Source of the DNA: a virus
IMG/VR virus record: IMGVR_UViG_3300027804_000050
Coordinates: 32,001 to 96,000 of that record
DNA length: 64,000 bases
Strand: one strand, 5' to 3'
Shown piece after piece: positions 9,856 through 20,133 of this stretch. The translations under genes and the position numbers were made by a program. Within the stretch, counting starts at the first letter, position 1. The number at the start of each line of letters is the position of its first letter. The notes beneath the pieces are model-generated. The model worked only from the letters and a program-made list of their open reading frames with translations. It ran no database searches and had not been told where the DNA came from.

Positions 9856-12429
9856 ATGGCAAAATTTACATTCTCAGATAGTCAGTATAAGTTTACCGAG
9901 CCTGTAAGATATTTTAAGGCTAACGATCCTTACTATTTTGAAGTTGATAATATTCCTATTAAGCAACTTCAAGAAAACTGCTTATGGTTGAGGGATCAAC
10001 TTAGAAAACTTGGTGGAGGAAGGAGAACTGGACCAGAAACGGAGACTAATGGAGAGACTAGACCCGGTAGAGGACCCGGAGGGTCTAGTGATGGACCTGT
10101 AGATAGACCTTCGAATGGAACTCTAGAAATCACAAGAAGAGATATAGATGAATTAAGACCTTACGCAACAGGTGGGGATAGAGTTGTAAGAGTTAGACCC
10201 GGAAGATACACTGCTAGAGTCAACGATGTCGGTAATGAACCTCTACAATACTTAGTAAAAATTATAGGTCAAGAATTACAGGATACGGAACTTTATAAGA
10301 CTTTTACTTTAAATTCAACTAATGATACTTTTAATACTTTAGTTATAAATAGTATTAATAAGTTAAAGCAAACTGTTGCATCCAATGCGCTTCACATGAA
10401 TGGTTTAGCAGAAAGGGCATTTACTTGGGCAGTTAGAGACATTGATACTCCCAGTGATTATGGTCAACTAGCAACTGATGCTTTAGAATATGCAGGTCTA
10501 GGTGGAGTGGGATTGTTAGGACCTTTTGTATATTCACAAGCTCTCCTTTGGTATAAGGATTCAGGTTCAACTGACGGGTTCTATATTCTACCTAATTACC
10601 ACCCAACAAGCGTTGCCATTGGTTTTGCAAAACTTCCAACATTAGAAAACCATCTAATAAAAAGATGGAGAGGTGTTGCTAGAACAGCTATCGTTGATGT
10701 TCCTGAAGAACTCTCCATAGAAATTCCACAATTTAGTCGAGAAGACTTTTTCTATACAGATGAAAATGGAGCTAAACAATATTTAAATGCTACCCATAGA
10801 ATAGATATGGTTTTTATCTATTCAAAACCTGTCGATGCATCTGGCGTATCTATACTGCAAAATGGTACGGTGGTTCAAATAACCTCACCTGTTCTTGGAG
10901 TTGTCAGAGGTGCAGGAATAGGTATGAATTTTGAGCCAAAGACCTCAACTCAATATCAGCCTCAACCATCTTTAGATGCTCAAGGAAATCCAACAATCCT
11001 AGCTAGCGTCGCAGATCAATCAGCAGAAAATATAGGATTCTTACAATCTTCTGGAACTGAGCAAAGCTTTACCGTTAAGGGGTCTTTCCCTGCCCCAGAC
11101 GATTTGCTAAATATCGCACCTCTGCTTTCTCAAGATTTAGAAGATAATGCTATAGAATTAATTGGTCAATCAATTCTTCCTGTAGCTTATATTTTCGTTG
11201 ATGGTGATTCCGAAGAAATAGCAGGTACTAGAGTTATTGCCGAGTCCGATGTAATTGACATTAGACCTTTACTAAGAACCACAGAATTAACATACAATGA
11301 AAGGGCTGGACTTGCTGCTGCAATTCCACAAATTTCTTTGGCTAATCCAGTTGTAGGAAAATCTGTTTTAGATAAAGAAATGAAGAGAATGTCTGAATAT
11401 GTGGCAAACAAAATATCCGAAATTCAAACAAATACTCAAACCCAAGATGCTAATAATGGAAAACTTTTAGCCACAGGTTATGTATTTGGTGGATTAAATT
11501 ATGGAGTAGAGGGAGCGTTATTCCACTATTACAAGCAAAAATTTGCAAATGATGGAAATGAAACAAATGATTCTGATATTTATATAAGAAATTATATTCA
11601 ATCTAGATATGGATATGCTAATTTTGACACTGGTGTATTAGATTTCCCTACATATCCTGATTGGGATATTTCTCGTTGGTGTTTAGACGGTAACTTCCAG
11701 AATAAAGGTGTGTTTCCTAATGATAGAATAACCCCTGTTATATCTCACCAGCCTAACCCCGGTTCTATAAACGAGGCAGACCGCTTTGTAAAAGCAGGAA
11801 GCTATAGGGATGCTGTCACCAATGCGGGGCTAACTTTAACTGGTGGAGTTCCCAATAGAGTTAATAATTTTACTAATACAGAAATTTCTCAATCGGGAGG
11901 TGGTGATAATGAAATGGGTCAACATAAAATAAATTTTATGTATATTTCAAAAAGAATATTGTTTAATCGTCCTTCTTGGATGTTAGATTACCACATAGAT
12001 GCAGAGTTAATTAATAGTTTAGGATTAACATACAGAGGCTCAGGATTGAATAATCCAGACGGAGAAGCAGATCAAGCAGCATATACTGGAATTTGGATTG
12101 AAAAAGGATTTAACGAATTTACTATTTATGTAGGATTCGTGACTATGGATAATTTGCGCGGTAGTGGGGCAACACAAGATTTACTTCCACACAGGAACAG
12201 AGATAGCCAAAGATTTGCATCTTTTATTGTTCCTGTAAGAGATATTTTATACTCTGATGTTAATGCAGATTCTTCATGTGGGGCAGGATTCCTTGGTAAT
12301 GTTAGGGTTGGTAAATGCACTTACCCAACAATAAAATGGAAGATGACAGGAGTATCTCAAAATTCTGCTGCATATCATTACGCTAATTTAAACTCTGCTA
12401 ATCCTTTGATTGCTCTCAATGGAGTGTGA
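9856..12429 (+). CDS. Tail fibre/baseplate-associated protein
   Basis: DNIPIKQLQEN motif shared with previous ORF (DNLPLYDLEER); context. Confidence 0.5.
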   Translation: MAKFTFSDSQYKFTEPVRYFKANDPYYFEVDNIPIKQLQENCLWLRDQLRKLGGGRRTGPETETNGETRPGRGPGGSSDGPVDRPSNGTLEITRRDIDELRPYATGGDRVVRVRPGRYTARVNDVGNEPLQYLVKIIGQELQDTELYKTFTLNSTNDTFNTLVINSINKLKQTVASNALHMNGLAERAFTWAVRDIDTPSDYGQLATDALEYAGLGGVGLLGPFVYSQALLWYKDSGSTDGFYILPNYHPTSVAIGFAKLPTLENHLIKRWRGVARTAIVDVPEELSIEIPQFSREDFFYTDENGAKQYLNATHRIDMVFIYSKPVDASGVSILQNGTVVQITSPVLGVVRGAGIGMNFEPKTSTQYQPQPSLDAQGNPTILASVADQSAENIGFLQSSGTEQSFTVKGSFPAPDDLLNIAPLLSQDLEDNAIELIGQSILPVAYIFVDGDSEEIAGTRVIAESDVIDIRPLLRTTELTYNERAGLAAAIPQISLANPVVGKSVLDKEMKRMSEYVANKISEIQTNTQTQDANNGKLLATGYVFGGLNYGVEGALFHYYKQKFANDGNETNDSDIYIRNYIQSRYGYANFDTGVLDFPTYPDWDISRWCLDGNFQNKGVFPNDRITPVISHQPNPGSINEADRFVKAGSYRDAVTNAGLTLTGGVPNRVNNFTNTEISQSGGGDNEMGQHKINFMYISKRILFNRPSWMLDYHIDAELINSLGLTYRGSGLNNPDGEADQAAYTGIWIEKGFNEFTIYVGFVTMDNLRGSGATQDLLPHRNRDSQRFASFIVPVRDILYSDVNADSSCGAGFLGNVRVGKCTYPTIKWKMTGVSQNSAAYHYANLNSANPLIALNGV

Positions 12430-12432
12430 TAA

Positions 12433-15400
12433 GTGACTGAAACACCATCTTTTGAGTGTGGTAAATTCTATCCCGGTCAAGGTCCGGGTAACAGGAGAGA
12501 TTATGAACCTCCGGTTACTCCAAAACGACATCCTAGAAGAAGGAGAAGAGATGGCGAACCTTGGGGTCCAAAAGGTCCTATTAGGGATAAACCTCCAACA
12601 AGATTAGTATTAAGAACCTGCTGGATTTGTAAAGAACGGCCAGCAACAGACCCAGATGGATTTGCTTGCGGTAGAGATGGACTTCCTGCTGCTAATGGTC
12701 CATGCAGATGCAGATTAAGAACTGATAGATTTTGTGAAAAAAAAGAAACTTGGGTTCCTGATTTGCCCGGAGCAACAAACTGTCCTACTAATCAATTTCA
12801 AACAGAAGCAGCTTGTGCATCAGTTTGTAGAGATGGTGTAGATGTAGTTTGCCCAGAATTTCCTTGTATTTATTATCTGTGCTGCATAAAAGAAGCAAAC
12901 GAAGAAAGAGTCCCTTGTCCTGAGTATGGTCCGGGATGTACTTGCCCTAAATTAACTGAAGCAACTTGTGAGATAGATGATGCAGGTACTATTGGATTAA
13001 ATGAACAGTGCCCACCTCCTCCAGTTGGGTGTCTCAATGGTGGTATTTTAGTTGCTTGGTCTTTAAATAATACACAAGCATGTAATAGCCCAGAATGTAG
13101 AGATAGACTAGGACCACCAAGATGTCCAGAACCAGATAGACCTTCTACTGAACCGCAATCCTTTTTCTGCCCACCTAAAACTTGTGTTTATTGTGATATT
13201 AGACCTCCTCAAGGAGATGAGGGATCTTGGAGTCAGTGTGTTCCTCCTAATAATCCTTTATGTAGATGTAGGATAACTCAAGTAAGAGAATGTAAAACGG
13301 TTCAACTACAAGGAACTAGAAATCCAGTTACGGGAGAATGTGAATATCCTCCAATTACTAATCCTTTTAGTTATGGTTGCGAACCAGAATCTTTAAATGC
13401 ATGTTTAGCTGGTTGCAGACCTATTATAGAAGAAGACTGTAACTTCGGAGAGCGTCGAGGACCTTTACCTCCGGGACCCGGGCCATCAACTCCGGGAGGT
13501 CCTACTGGCCCCGGACCATCAACTCCCGGTCCCGGAGAGTCTACGGGAACTTCCCCTATATCTAAAAATTGTAAGTTTTGTATACAAACAATAACAACTG
13601 GGTATGAACCCTGCGTTGGCCCAAATGGGCAACCAAATTGTAGATGTCAAAAAATTTATAATAGAATTTGTGAAACAAAACAAGTATTTAGAAGACCAAA
13701 TGGAACATTTCCTAACTGCACTACTGTTCAACCAACAGGAACAATAGTTAACTCTCCACCATATTCAAGTTGTGCCCCTATTGACGGGCAACCTTGTACA
13801 AATAAGAGAGGTCCCCCGCAATGTCCTGAGGAACCTAGTAGACTAGGGGAAACAACTGGAACTCCTCTTCCACAATCAGTGACTTGGTATGTTTGTTTAA
13901 GAGCTACAACAGCTTCTACTGGAGTTGGAGCAGTTTTAGCAGGAGGATGTTTTGCTAGATCATCAGTAAATAGACCCCCTAATGGATATGCAACATTAGT
14001 AGAATGTGAAAATGTATGTTCTAGACCACAAGGTGAACCTACAGGAACAGGGACGGGCGGTGGTCCAGTCCCACTAGTAGAAAGATATTCTTGCAATCAA
14101 ATAAATGGAAAGTGTAGAAGAGTTTTTGTTCCACAAAATCAAACAACTGGAACTTATGCTACTTTAGCTGCATGTGAAAGAGAATGTAAACTTAGAGCCG
14201 AAGGCTCTGAAATAGTTAATACTACAAATTTACCTGATCCAATAGGAACTTATTTTAGATGTAATAAAGCTACAGGAAATTGCTCTCCTGTATTTACAAC
14301 AAAAACAACAGCCGATAGGGAAGGTTATTTCTCAGATGTAAATGCCTGTAGATTAAGATGTAGATCAAATACGGCAGAAGCAGATAGATTGTCTAGAACT
14401 ACTTTAGGAGGCATTAGCCAAGTTGAAATTGGAGAAGGTAGTAATGGAGGAATTATTTCTGATCCTACTGAATTAAGAACTTATTACAAATGTATCAATG
14501 GCACATGTATTACAAGCACTGCAACTCCTCAACAAGCAACAAATCCAAACTATCATACTACATTACAAGCATGTTTAAACTATTGTCAAAATAATAAAAA
14601 TTCAGGGCCTATTTCTGTAAATAGATTAGGTGAGGGTATTTTAACTGACCCAATTATTTTAGATGATGGTGGGGCAGATGATGGGCCAGTAATAATTGAA
14701 AGAACTCCTCCTTTAGACGACATAGGAGAAACTACTTTGCCTAACGGAGAAAATAATCCGAATAGACCTAAAGTAAATCCTTCTGATGCAAATGTATCTA
14801 CACGCCCTTATTATGAATTACCTGAGAATAATGGTGCTGGAACAGTAAATTTAGATCCAGCAGCAGCAGTGTATGTTCCTCCTGTGTTAGATTTTTCTGA
14901 AGCAGTTGTTGTGAACTATAGACAAACCGATTTATTTGCGGAATATATTCATGAAGCAATAAATTATTATTTAGATAAAAACAATACTTCAGAGGATTGG
15001 AGATCTTATTACTCATCAGATTTAACTATACAAAATATAGAAAGAAGTTTAAAACCCTCTGCAATTAAAATCTTTGAAGCAATCACTGATCAAAAAGGTG
15101 ATTTAATTGGAAAAGAATATTTCTTAGAAGTTATTAGAGGAAAATTAATTAATGGAACTATCTCTGATTTTAATCTACCCTACTATAGAAAATTAGCAGA
15201 GAAAAGTAAAAAGAGAGTAGTTAAACCAATTAAGCAACAGGATCAAATTGTTAATACATTGCAAGCATTCGCATATCTTGAAAATAAATTAATTCCTTTG
15301 GATCCTGACAAAGGCACTGGCAGAACTTCAAAACTCACTCCATTGATAAAAACTTTAGCAACTGATTTGGAAAAATCATTGACGGTAATTGTTAATGATG

Positions 15401-16662
15401 AGGAAAGAAAGTTTTATATCAATGATGATGATATTGTAGTTGGTAGAGCTAATTTAAAAATCTCAGATGGAGATTATATCACGGTTGGAGTTGGAACTGG
15501 TCAAAGAAGAATTTATCTAGACACAGAAAAAGATCATGCATATCTTATTTCAGATTTAGATAAAGAAATAGCTTTAAATTTATTAGGTGGCGATTCTTCA
15601 ATTAGATTAACTGCATCAGCAACATTTGCGGTTAATTTGGAATTTAACTATCCATTAACTGGTGCTAGAGAAAATGTTTATTTCTTAAAGTTAAAAACAG
15701 AATCTGTAGTTACAGATAGAGCTACCGAATATATTGATAATACTACAGCAAGATATGATTTATGTTCTATAAATACTCAACAGGATTTAGACGCAATTAA
15801 TGAATATGTAAAGTTTAAGGCAAACCATTATCTCTTCCCTGTTCATCCAGATGATGTATTCTTAGATTATGTTGTTTCTTCAGGCCACTTATATTTACAA
15901 CAACAGGATATTAGATTTGATGGGCATGCTAGAAAAACTAATAAAAATATACCGTTATTAGTAAGACAACTTCCTTGGTATATCTTGCTCTTCCCAACAA
16001 ACAAAGAAGAAAATAATCCTTTTGATATTCAGTCTGATTTAATAGAATTTGAAAGTGGTGCAAGAACTACAAGAGAATTAATATTTGAAATGAGTATAGA
16101 CTCTGATGAGTATGATGCTAATATTACGACAGCTAAGTTTGTTAATATAGGCACTGTTTATCCAGACGAAAATGTTTACGGCGAATATGACTTAGACTCC
16201 AGAAAAGTTATATTCGATCCAAGTAGCACATTCTTCTCGTCTGGATATAAAGAAGAAAAGACTACGCAAAGACCAAGAACGCCGTTAAGAAAGATAAAAG
16301 AAATAATTTCTGAACTAAATAATAATTATGTTCTTGATCGAGGACTAACAACCTTTGATGTTTTCTCTCGTCTTAATTTTACAGACTTTAATAAATTTAT
16401 ATCTAATAGAACTAATAAAGTTATTTTTGATAAGATAAAAGAGGGCGCGATAGAAAATGTTAAAGTGTATGAAGTTACTAAATACTCTGGGGATGCTTAT
16501 TTGAATAAGACTGCGTTACTTAGGAGACGCTCTGCGGCAACAACTGATACTTACCCTCAAATAAGATCATTGAACTCAGGTGAATATATAGAGCCACCCA
16601 CGCAGACAGAAGCTCCAAGGATCATAACTTCAACCCCCAAGCAAATAAAGCCATTACAATAA
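12433..16662 (+). CDS. Cys/Pro-rich repeat virion protein
   Basis: GTG start; N-terminal half has about 8 Cys modules, most ending in CxxxC; lies directly before PAAR. Confidence 0.5.
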   Translation: MTETPSFECGKFYPGQGPGNRRDYEPPVTPKRHPRRRRRDGEPWGPKGPIRDKPPTRLVLRTCWICKERPATDPDGFACGRDGLPAANGPCRCRLRTDRFCEKKETWVPDLPGATNCPTNQFQTEAACASVCRDGVDVVCPEFPCIYYLCCIKEANEERVPCPEYGPGCTCPKLTEATCEIDDAGTIGLNEQCPPPPVGCLNGGILVAWSLNNTQACNSPECRDRLGPPRCPEPDRPSTEPQSFFCPPKTCVYCDIRPPQGDEGSWSQCVPPNNPLCRCRITQVRECKTVQLQGTRNPVTGECEYPPITNPFSYGCEPESLNACLAGCRPIIEEDCNFGERRGPLPPGPGPSTPGGPTGPGPSTPGPGESTGTSPISKNCKFCIQTITTGYEPCVGPNGQPNCRCQKIYNRICETKQVFRRPNGTFPNCTTVQPTGTIVNSPPYSSCAPIDGQPCTNKRGPPQCPEEPSRLGETTGTPLPQSVTWYVCLRATTASTGVGAVLAGGCFARSSVNRPPNGYATLVECENVCSRPQGEPTGTGTGGGPVPLVERYSCNQINGKCRRVFVPQNQTTGTYATLAACERECKLRAEGSEIVNTTNLPDPIGTYFRCNKATGNCSPVFTTKTTADREGYFSDVNACRLRCRSNTAEADRLSRTTLGGISQVEIGEGSNGGIISDPTELRTYYKCINGTCITSTATPQQATNPNYHTTLQACLNYCQNNKNSGPISVNRLGEGILTDPIILDDGGADDGPVIIERTPPLDDIGETTLPNGENNPNRPKVNPSDANVSTRPYYELPENNGAGTVNLDPAAAVYVPPVLDFSEAVVVNYRQTDLFAEYIHEAINYYLDKNNTSEDWRSYYSSDLTIQNIERSLKPSAIKIFEAITDQKGDLIGKEYFLEVIRGKLINGTISDFNLPYYRKLAEKSKKRVVKPIKQQDQIVNTLQAFAYLENKLIPLDPDKGTGRTSKLTPLIKTLATDLEKSLTVIVNDEERKFYINDDDIVVGRANLKISDGDYITVGVGTGQRRIYLDTEKDHAYLISDLDKEIALNLLGGDSSIRLTASATFAVNLEFNYPLTGARENVYFLKLKTESVVTDRATEYIDNTTARYDLCSINTQQDLDAINEYVKFKANHYLFPVHPDDVFLDYVVSSGHLYLQQQDIRFDGHARKTNKNIPLLVRQLPWYILLFPTNKEENNPFDIQSDLIEFESGARTTRELIFEMSIDSDEYDANITTAKFVNIGTVYPDENVYGEYDLDSRKVIFDPSSTFFSSGYKEEKTTQRPRTPLRKIKEIISELNNNYVLDRGLTTFDVFSRLNFTDFNKFISNRTNKVIFDKIKEGAIENVKVYEVTKYSGDAYLNKTALLRRRSAATTDTYPQIRSLNSGEYIEPPTQTEAPRIITSTPKQIKPLQ

Positions 16663-16663
16663 T

Positions 16664-16963
16664 ATGCCATTTAGTTTAATAGGAAATACAGAAGTTTTAA
16701 ATTGTGGGGCTGTTCAAGAGGTTCAATCTCAAGGAACTGTCTTTGTTGCAAATAAGTTAGTTGTGGTTGTAGGAGATTTAACCACCCCACACCCAACAGC
16801 TAAATACCCAGCAGTAATAAAAAACCCAGCAAATACTTCTAAAGTTTTTATTAACAATATACCTATCGTAGTAGAAGAAGATGGTATTCCGGGGCATGGC
16901 TCAAGTCCACATTCCCCAAGGAATAAATATGTGGATAATGGTCATAATGTAAAAGCATACTAA
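16664..16963 (+). CDS. PAAR-like spike tip protein
   Basis: TVFVAN...VGD...PH and KVFINN...D...GH...H repeats. Confidence 0.8.
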   Translation: MPFSLIGNTEVLNCGAVQEVQSQGTVFVANKLVVVVGDLTTPHPTAKYPAVIKNPANTSKVFINNIPIVVEEDGIPGHGSSPHSPRNKYVDNGHNVKAY

Positions 16964-16998
16964 AAAAATAAAAAAATATATTATTTGTAATATCTATA

Positions 16999-17005
16999 CT
17001 ACATA
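16999..17005 (+). promoter_or_regulatory. Putative late promoter CTACATA
   Basis: CTAYATA-like motif recurs in intergenic gaps before structural operons. Confidence 0.4.
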
Positions 17006-17039
17006 AGTTAGAGCTTACAATTTTAATTGGAGAAAAGCT

Positions 17040-17585
17040 ATGAAACATGTTAATTTAAATGATGAATTCCGTAACAAGCTCCTTGAGTCAGCCGCTTGGG
17101 GTAAGATTGGCCTAAACATTAACGAAGGCAAGGTTGAAGAGGGCCAAGAAAGCCTTACTGAGGAAACTGACGCTCAAGGTTACGAAATAATTCAAGACCA
17201 AGAGGAAGAGTCTATTGATGAAGGCTCCGCTCATGTTTGCCCACTATGCACCTCGCTATTACCAGAAGCAATAGAAGAGGAAAGAGTTCTAGAGCACTTA
17301 GAGATAATTGCTAATGTTCTAGATCGCATAACACAGGTAAACGAAAGCGAAGAAGACCTAGAGTCCGTCATAGCTGAATGTGTTCGTGAAGTTCTATTAG
17401 AATCGGATGACGATATAATAGACGAAGACGAAGACATTTCCGAAGAAGAATATGAGCAAGAAGACTCCGACGACGATGATGTCGTTGAAGAGGAAATGGA
17501 TAAGGGTTATATGTCATCTTCCAAAGCTGGTAAAGGCAAAATGGGCAAGATGATGAAGGGAAAGAAGTCTAAGAAGTCTTGCTGA
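17040..17585 (+). CDS. Acidic head-associated protein (putative prohead core)
   Basis: GGAG RBS; LNDE/LLE/INE/LTE motifs; CPLC; acidic body with basic tail. Confidence 0.5.
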   Translation: MKHVNLNDEFRNKLLESAAWGKIGLNINEGKVEEGQESLTEETDAQGYEIIQDQEEESIDEGSAHVCPLCTSLLPEAIEEERVLEHLEIIANVLDRITQVNESEEDLESVIAECVREVLLESDDDIIDEDEDISEEEYEQEDSDDDDVVEEEMDKGYMSSSKAGKGKMGKMMKGKKSKKSC

Positions 17586-17600
17586 TTTTGATTTGATAAA

Positions 17601-17631
17601 AGCAGTCAAGTGAAATACCTTGACTGCTATT
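17601..17631 (+). terminator. Hairpin/putative terminator
   Basis: AGCAGTCAAG...CTTGACTGCT 10-bp stem; weak U tract. Confidence 0.45.
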
Positions 17632-17650
17632 CTAACTTTAGGGTCCCGCT

Positions 17651-18085
17651 ATGAAACATTATCATTTAGAAGATATTTATAGAGATTTACTAATAACAAA
17701 TTCCTATTGGAAAAAGGCTAATTTAGTTCTTGAATCCGAAGAAATGGAAAAATCAATCCAAGCGGCTGGCGGGGACCCCGAAGCTTACAAAGAAATAAAA
17801 GCTAAAAAACAAAAAGCCGCTGCAAAACCTAAAGTAAGCCCAAAAGTTATACAAAAAAGATTAGATCAATTATCTACAATGAGAGACGAGGCAGAGGCAG
17901 CAGAAGCTGCTGGAGTTAAAGATCCTTTAGATAGACCTTTAATTAAAAACCCTCATACTAATGCAGATGCTAGAGCAGCATTAGTAGCTCAAGATGAAGC
18001 AATGAAAAAAGCCGCTGCTTCTAGAAGAGCAGGTAATATTAGGAAAGAGATACTAAGCAGAAAAAACCCAAGTAAAAAATCATGA
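17651..18085 (+). CDS. Basic putative internal head protein
   Basis: N-terminal segment ending LVLE followed by K/A-rich region. Confidence 0.45.
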   Translation: MKHYHLEDIYRDLLITNSYWKKANLVLESEEMEKSIQAAGGDPEAYKEIKAKKQKAAAKPKVSPKVIQKRLDQLSTMRDEAEAAEAAGVKDPLDRPLIKNPHTNADARAALVAQDEAMKKAAASRRAGNIRKEILSRKNPSKKS

Positions 18086-18537
18086 GTACTTTAAAAAATT
18101 CTGGGATGAGCATAGGCTCTTATGCAGAACAGTTGATCATGAATGAAATGACAACTCCTAAGAAGGCTTTGTCATTTGTTAATAAAACTCCTGAAGTTGA
18201 AAAACAATTAGATATATCTGAAACAGTGGTTCCTGATGAATTCATGAATCAAGTTTTAGGAAAAAAATCAATACCTAAAAAACAGGTTAAGCAAGAGAAA
18301 AAAGTTATTGTTGAAAATGTTGAACCAAAGCAAACTCTGCTTACAGAAGAAAAGGCTGATGTTCTAATAAATCTTTTAGAGGAAGTTAAAACTCTTCTAG
18401 AAATGACTGGGACTGGATGTTGTGGCTGTAACATGGGAGGATCTATGCAAGTTGCTCCTTCCGGTGGCAAGAAGAAAAAATCTGATACTGTTCTTCTTTT
18501 TGCTCAAAAACTAAAAGGTATAAGGAATAAAAAATGA
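18082..18537 (+). CDS. Hypothetical head-region protein
   Basis: ATGA overlap; LLTE/LLEE/LLEM motifs. Confidence 0.5.
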   Translation: MSTLKNSGMSIGSYAEQLIMNEMTTPKKALSFVNKTPEVEKQLDISETVVPDEFMNQVLGKKSIPKKQVKQEKKVIVENVEPKQTLLTEEKADVLINLLEEVKTLLEMTGTGCCGCNMGGSMQVAPSGGKKKKSDTVLLFAQKLKGIRNKK

Positions 18538-18947
18538 ACTTGGTCGAAATACTAGACTTGTTATTAGAAGCCCGTGGATCTGAATCGGGTCGTTCTTATT
18601 ATACATCTAGAGAAGGAACCAAGAAAGAAAAACACTTAGCCACTAAAGCTAAGGTCACAACCTACAACAGTATAAAACAAGCACTAGCCCAAGCTAGGTA
18701 TGGAGATATTTTTAGCACCAAAGCCGCAAATAGGCTCTATGTTGTTTCTAAAGGCAAATGGGGTTCTAAGAGTGGAAGAGGTAAAATAGCTAAAGGTTTT
18801 ACTCCCGGAAGTTCAACTCCTAACTCTAGCTTCTCCTCAGTTAAGAAACACGCTGCAAGAACTAAACTGAGATATGGGGATGGTGATAAAAAACTAGCAG
18901 CAAAGTATGGCAGTAGAAGTTTAAAAAAGAAATTTGGGGTGAAGTAA
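18534..18947 (+). CDS. Highly basic putative internal head protein
   Basis: MNLVEILDLLLEA leader then K/R/S/G-rich body. Confidence 0.5.
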   Translation: MNLVEILDLLLEARGSESGRSYYTSREGTKKEKHLATKAKVTTYNSIKQALAQARYGDIFSTKAANRLYVVSKGKWGSKSGRGKIAKGFTPGSSTPNSSFSSVKKHAARTKLRYGDGDKKLAAKYGSRSLKKKFGVK

Positions 18948-18948
18948 T

Positions 18949-20040
18949 ATGATTATCACAGATGTGTTTTTAATAGAAAGATTACAAGTTATCAATGAAG
19001 GTACAGAAGGAAAAACCATGAAAGTTCGTGGAGTTTTCCAACGCGCAGAAGAATCTAACAGCAATGGTAGAATCTATCCCCAAAATGTACTGAGCAAGCA
19101 ATTAGACAAACTTCAACCATTAATTGAAGGTAGAAGATTGTGTGGCGAGTTGGATCACCCCACTAATGATACCGTAAAGCTATCTAATGCTTCTCACTTG
19201 ATTACCAAACTTGAAATGAAGGGTAATGAAGTTATAGGAGAGGCTGAAATACTTAATACTCCTGCTGGATTAACAGCCCGTGCATTGATAAATGGGGGAG
19301 TTAAGATAGGAATCTCTTCCAGAGGAATGGGAACTTTATCAGAAAGTTCCGATGGAAAAAAGATTGTAAATGAAGATTTTAATCTTATAACATTTGATCT
19401 TGTTGCGGATCCTTCCACTCGTGGTGCATATCCAGAACTTAGCGAATCAAAAAGATCTAAGTTTATAAATGAATCTAAAACTAAGTTACAAAAAGAATCT
19501 AATCTACTTAAGTTAATAAAAAGAAAACTTGATGAAGCATATAATCAATACAATGATGTAAGAGTTGATGAAAGATTAACTGCCAAGCAAAGTAAGTATT
19601 TAGATTATGATAAGGATGGATCTCTTGAGTCTTCAGATTTTGCATCTCTTCGTGCTTCAAAAAGATTGAAAAAATTTAGAAAAGGGAAAAACCAATCTAA
19701 ATTAAAAAAAAAATTAAAGGAAGCTTACCAAATAGATCCAGAAAGAGTTGATGAGTTAGTCGCGGGACTCGGGCAAACAATAGGTAATATTGCTGGACGA
19801 GTTCAAAGTGCCCCCTCTAGATTTATGAAAAGTTTTAAAAAATCATATAAAGAAGGGTTAAAGGGTAAAAAACTGCCCCCTCCTAAAGTAGACCCCGCTG
19901 CTCCAAAACCTGAAGGAGGGTTTTTTAAAAGAACATTAGGTGGGTTAATGGGAGGAGCTATGAGAGGTTTTGATAGGAGTTATTCTGGAAAACCAGTATT
20001 TGGTACAGAAGACAAAGAAGAGTCTAAAGAAAAAGTCTAA
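18949..20040 (+). CDS. gp21: Prohead core protease (T4 gp21-like) with long C-terminal extension
   Basis: NGRIYP, GELDHP, GISSRGMG, FDLVADPS motifs. Confidence 0.93.
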   Translation: MIITDVFLIERLQVINEGTEGKTMKVRGVFQRAEESNSNGRIYPQNVLSKQLDKLQPLIEGRRLCGELDHPTNDTVKLSNASHLITKLEMKGNEVIGEAEILNTPAGLTARALINGGVKIGISSRGMGTLSESSDGKKIVNEDFNLITFDLVADPSTRGAYPELSESKRSKFINESKTKLQKESNLLKLIKRKLDEAYNQYNDVRVDERLTAKQSKYLDYDKDGSLESSDFASLRASKRLKKFRKGKNQSKLKKKLKEAYQIDPERVDELVAGLGQTIGNIAGRVQSAPSRFMKSFKKSYKEGLKGKKLPPPKVDPAAPKPEGGFFKRTLGGLMGGAMRGFDRSYSGKPVFGTEDKEESKEKV

Positions 20041-20060
20041 TTAATATATTAGGTAGGTAC

Positions 20061-20096
20061 TTATACATTTTTTAAAAAAAATTAAAAAATGTATAA
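20061..20096. repeat. 15-bp perfect AT-rich inverted repeat
   Basis: TTATACATTTTTTAA-6nt-TTAAAAAATGTATAA. Confidence 0.8.
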
Positions 20097-20133
20097 ATCT
20101 ATAGTATCTATTTAAAGCTAGGAGCATTATTCC

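Noticed and set aside
13471-13535. Short repeats as a CRISPR array or DGR
   Set aside because: They encode PGPSTPG linkers; no spacers, cas or reverse transcriptase seen
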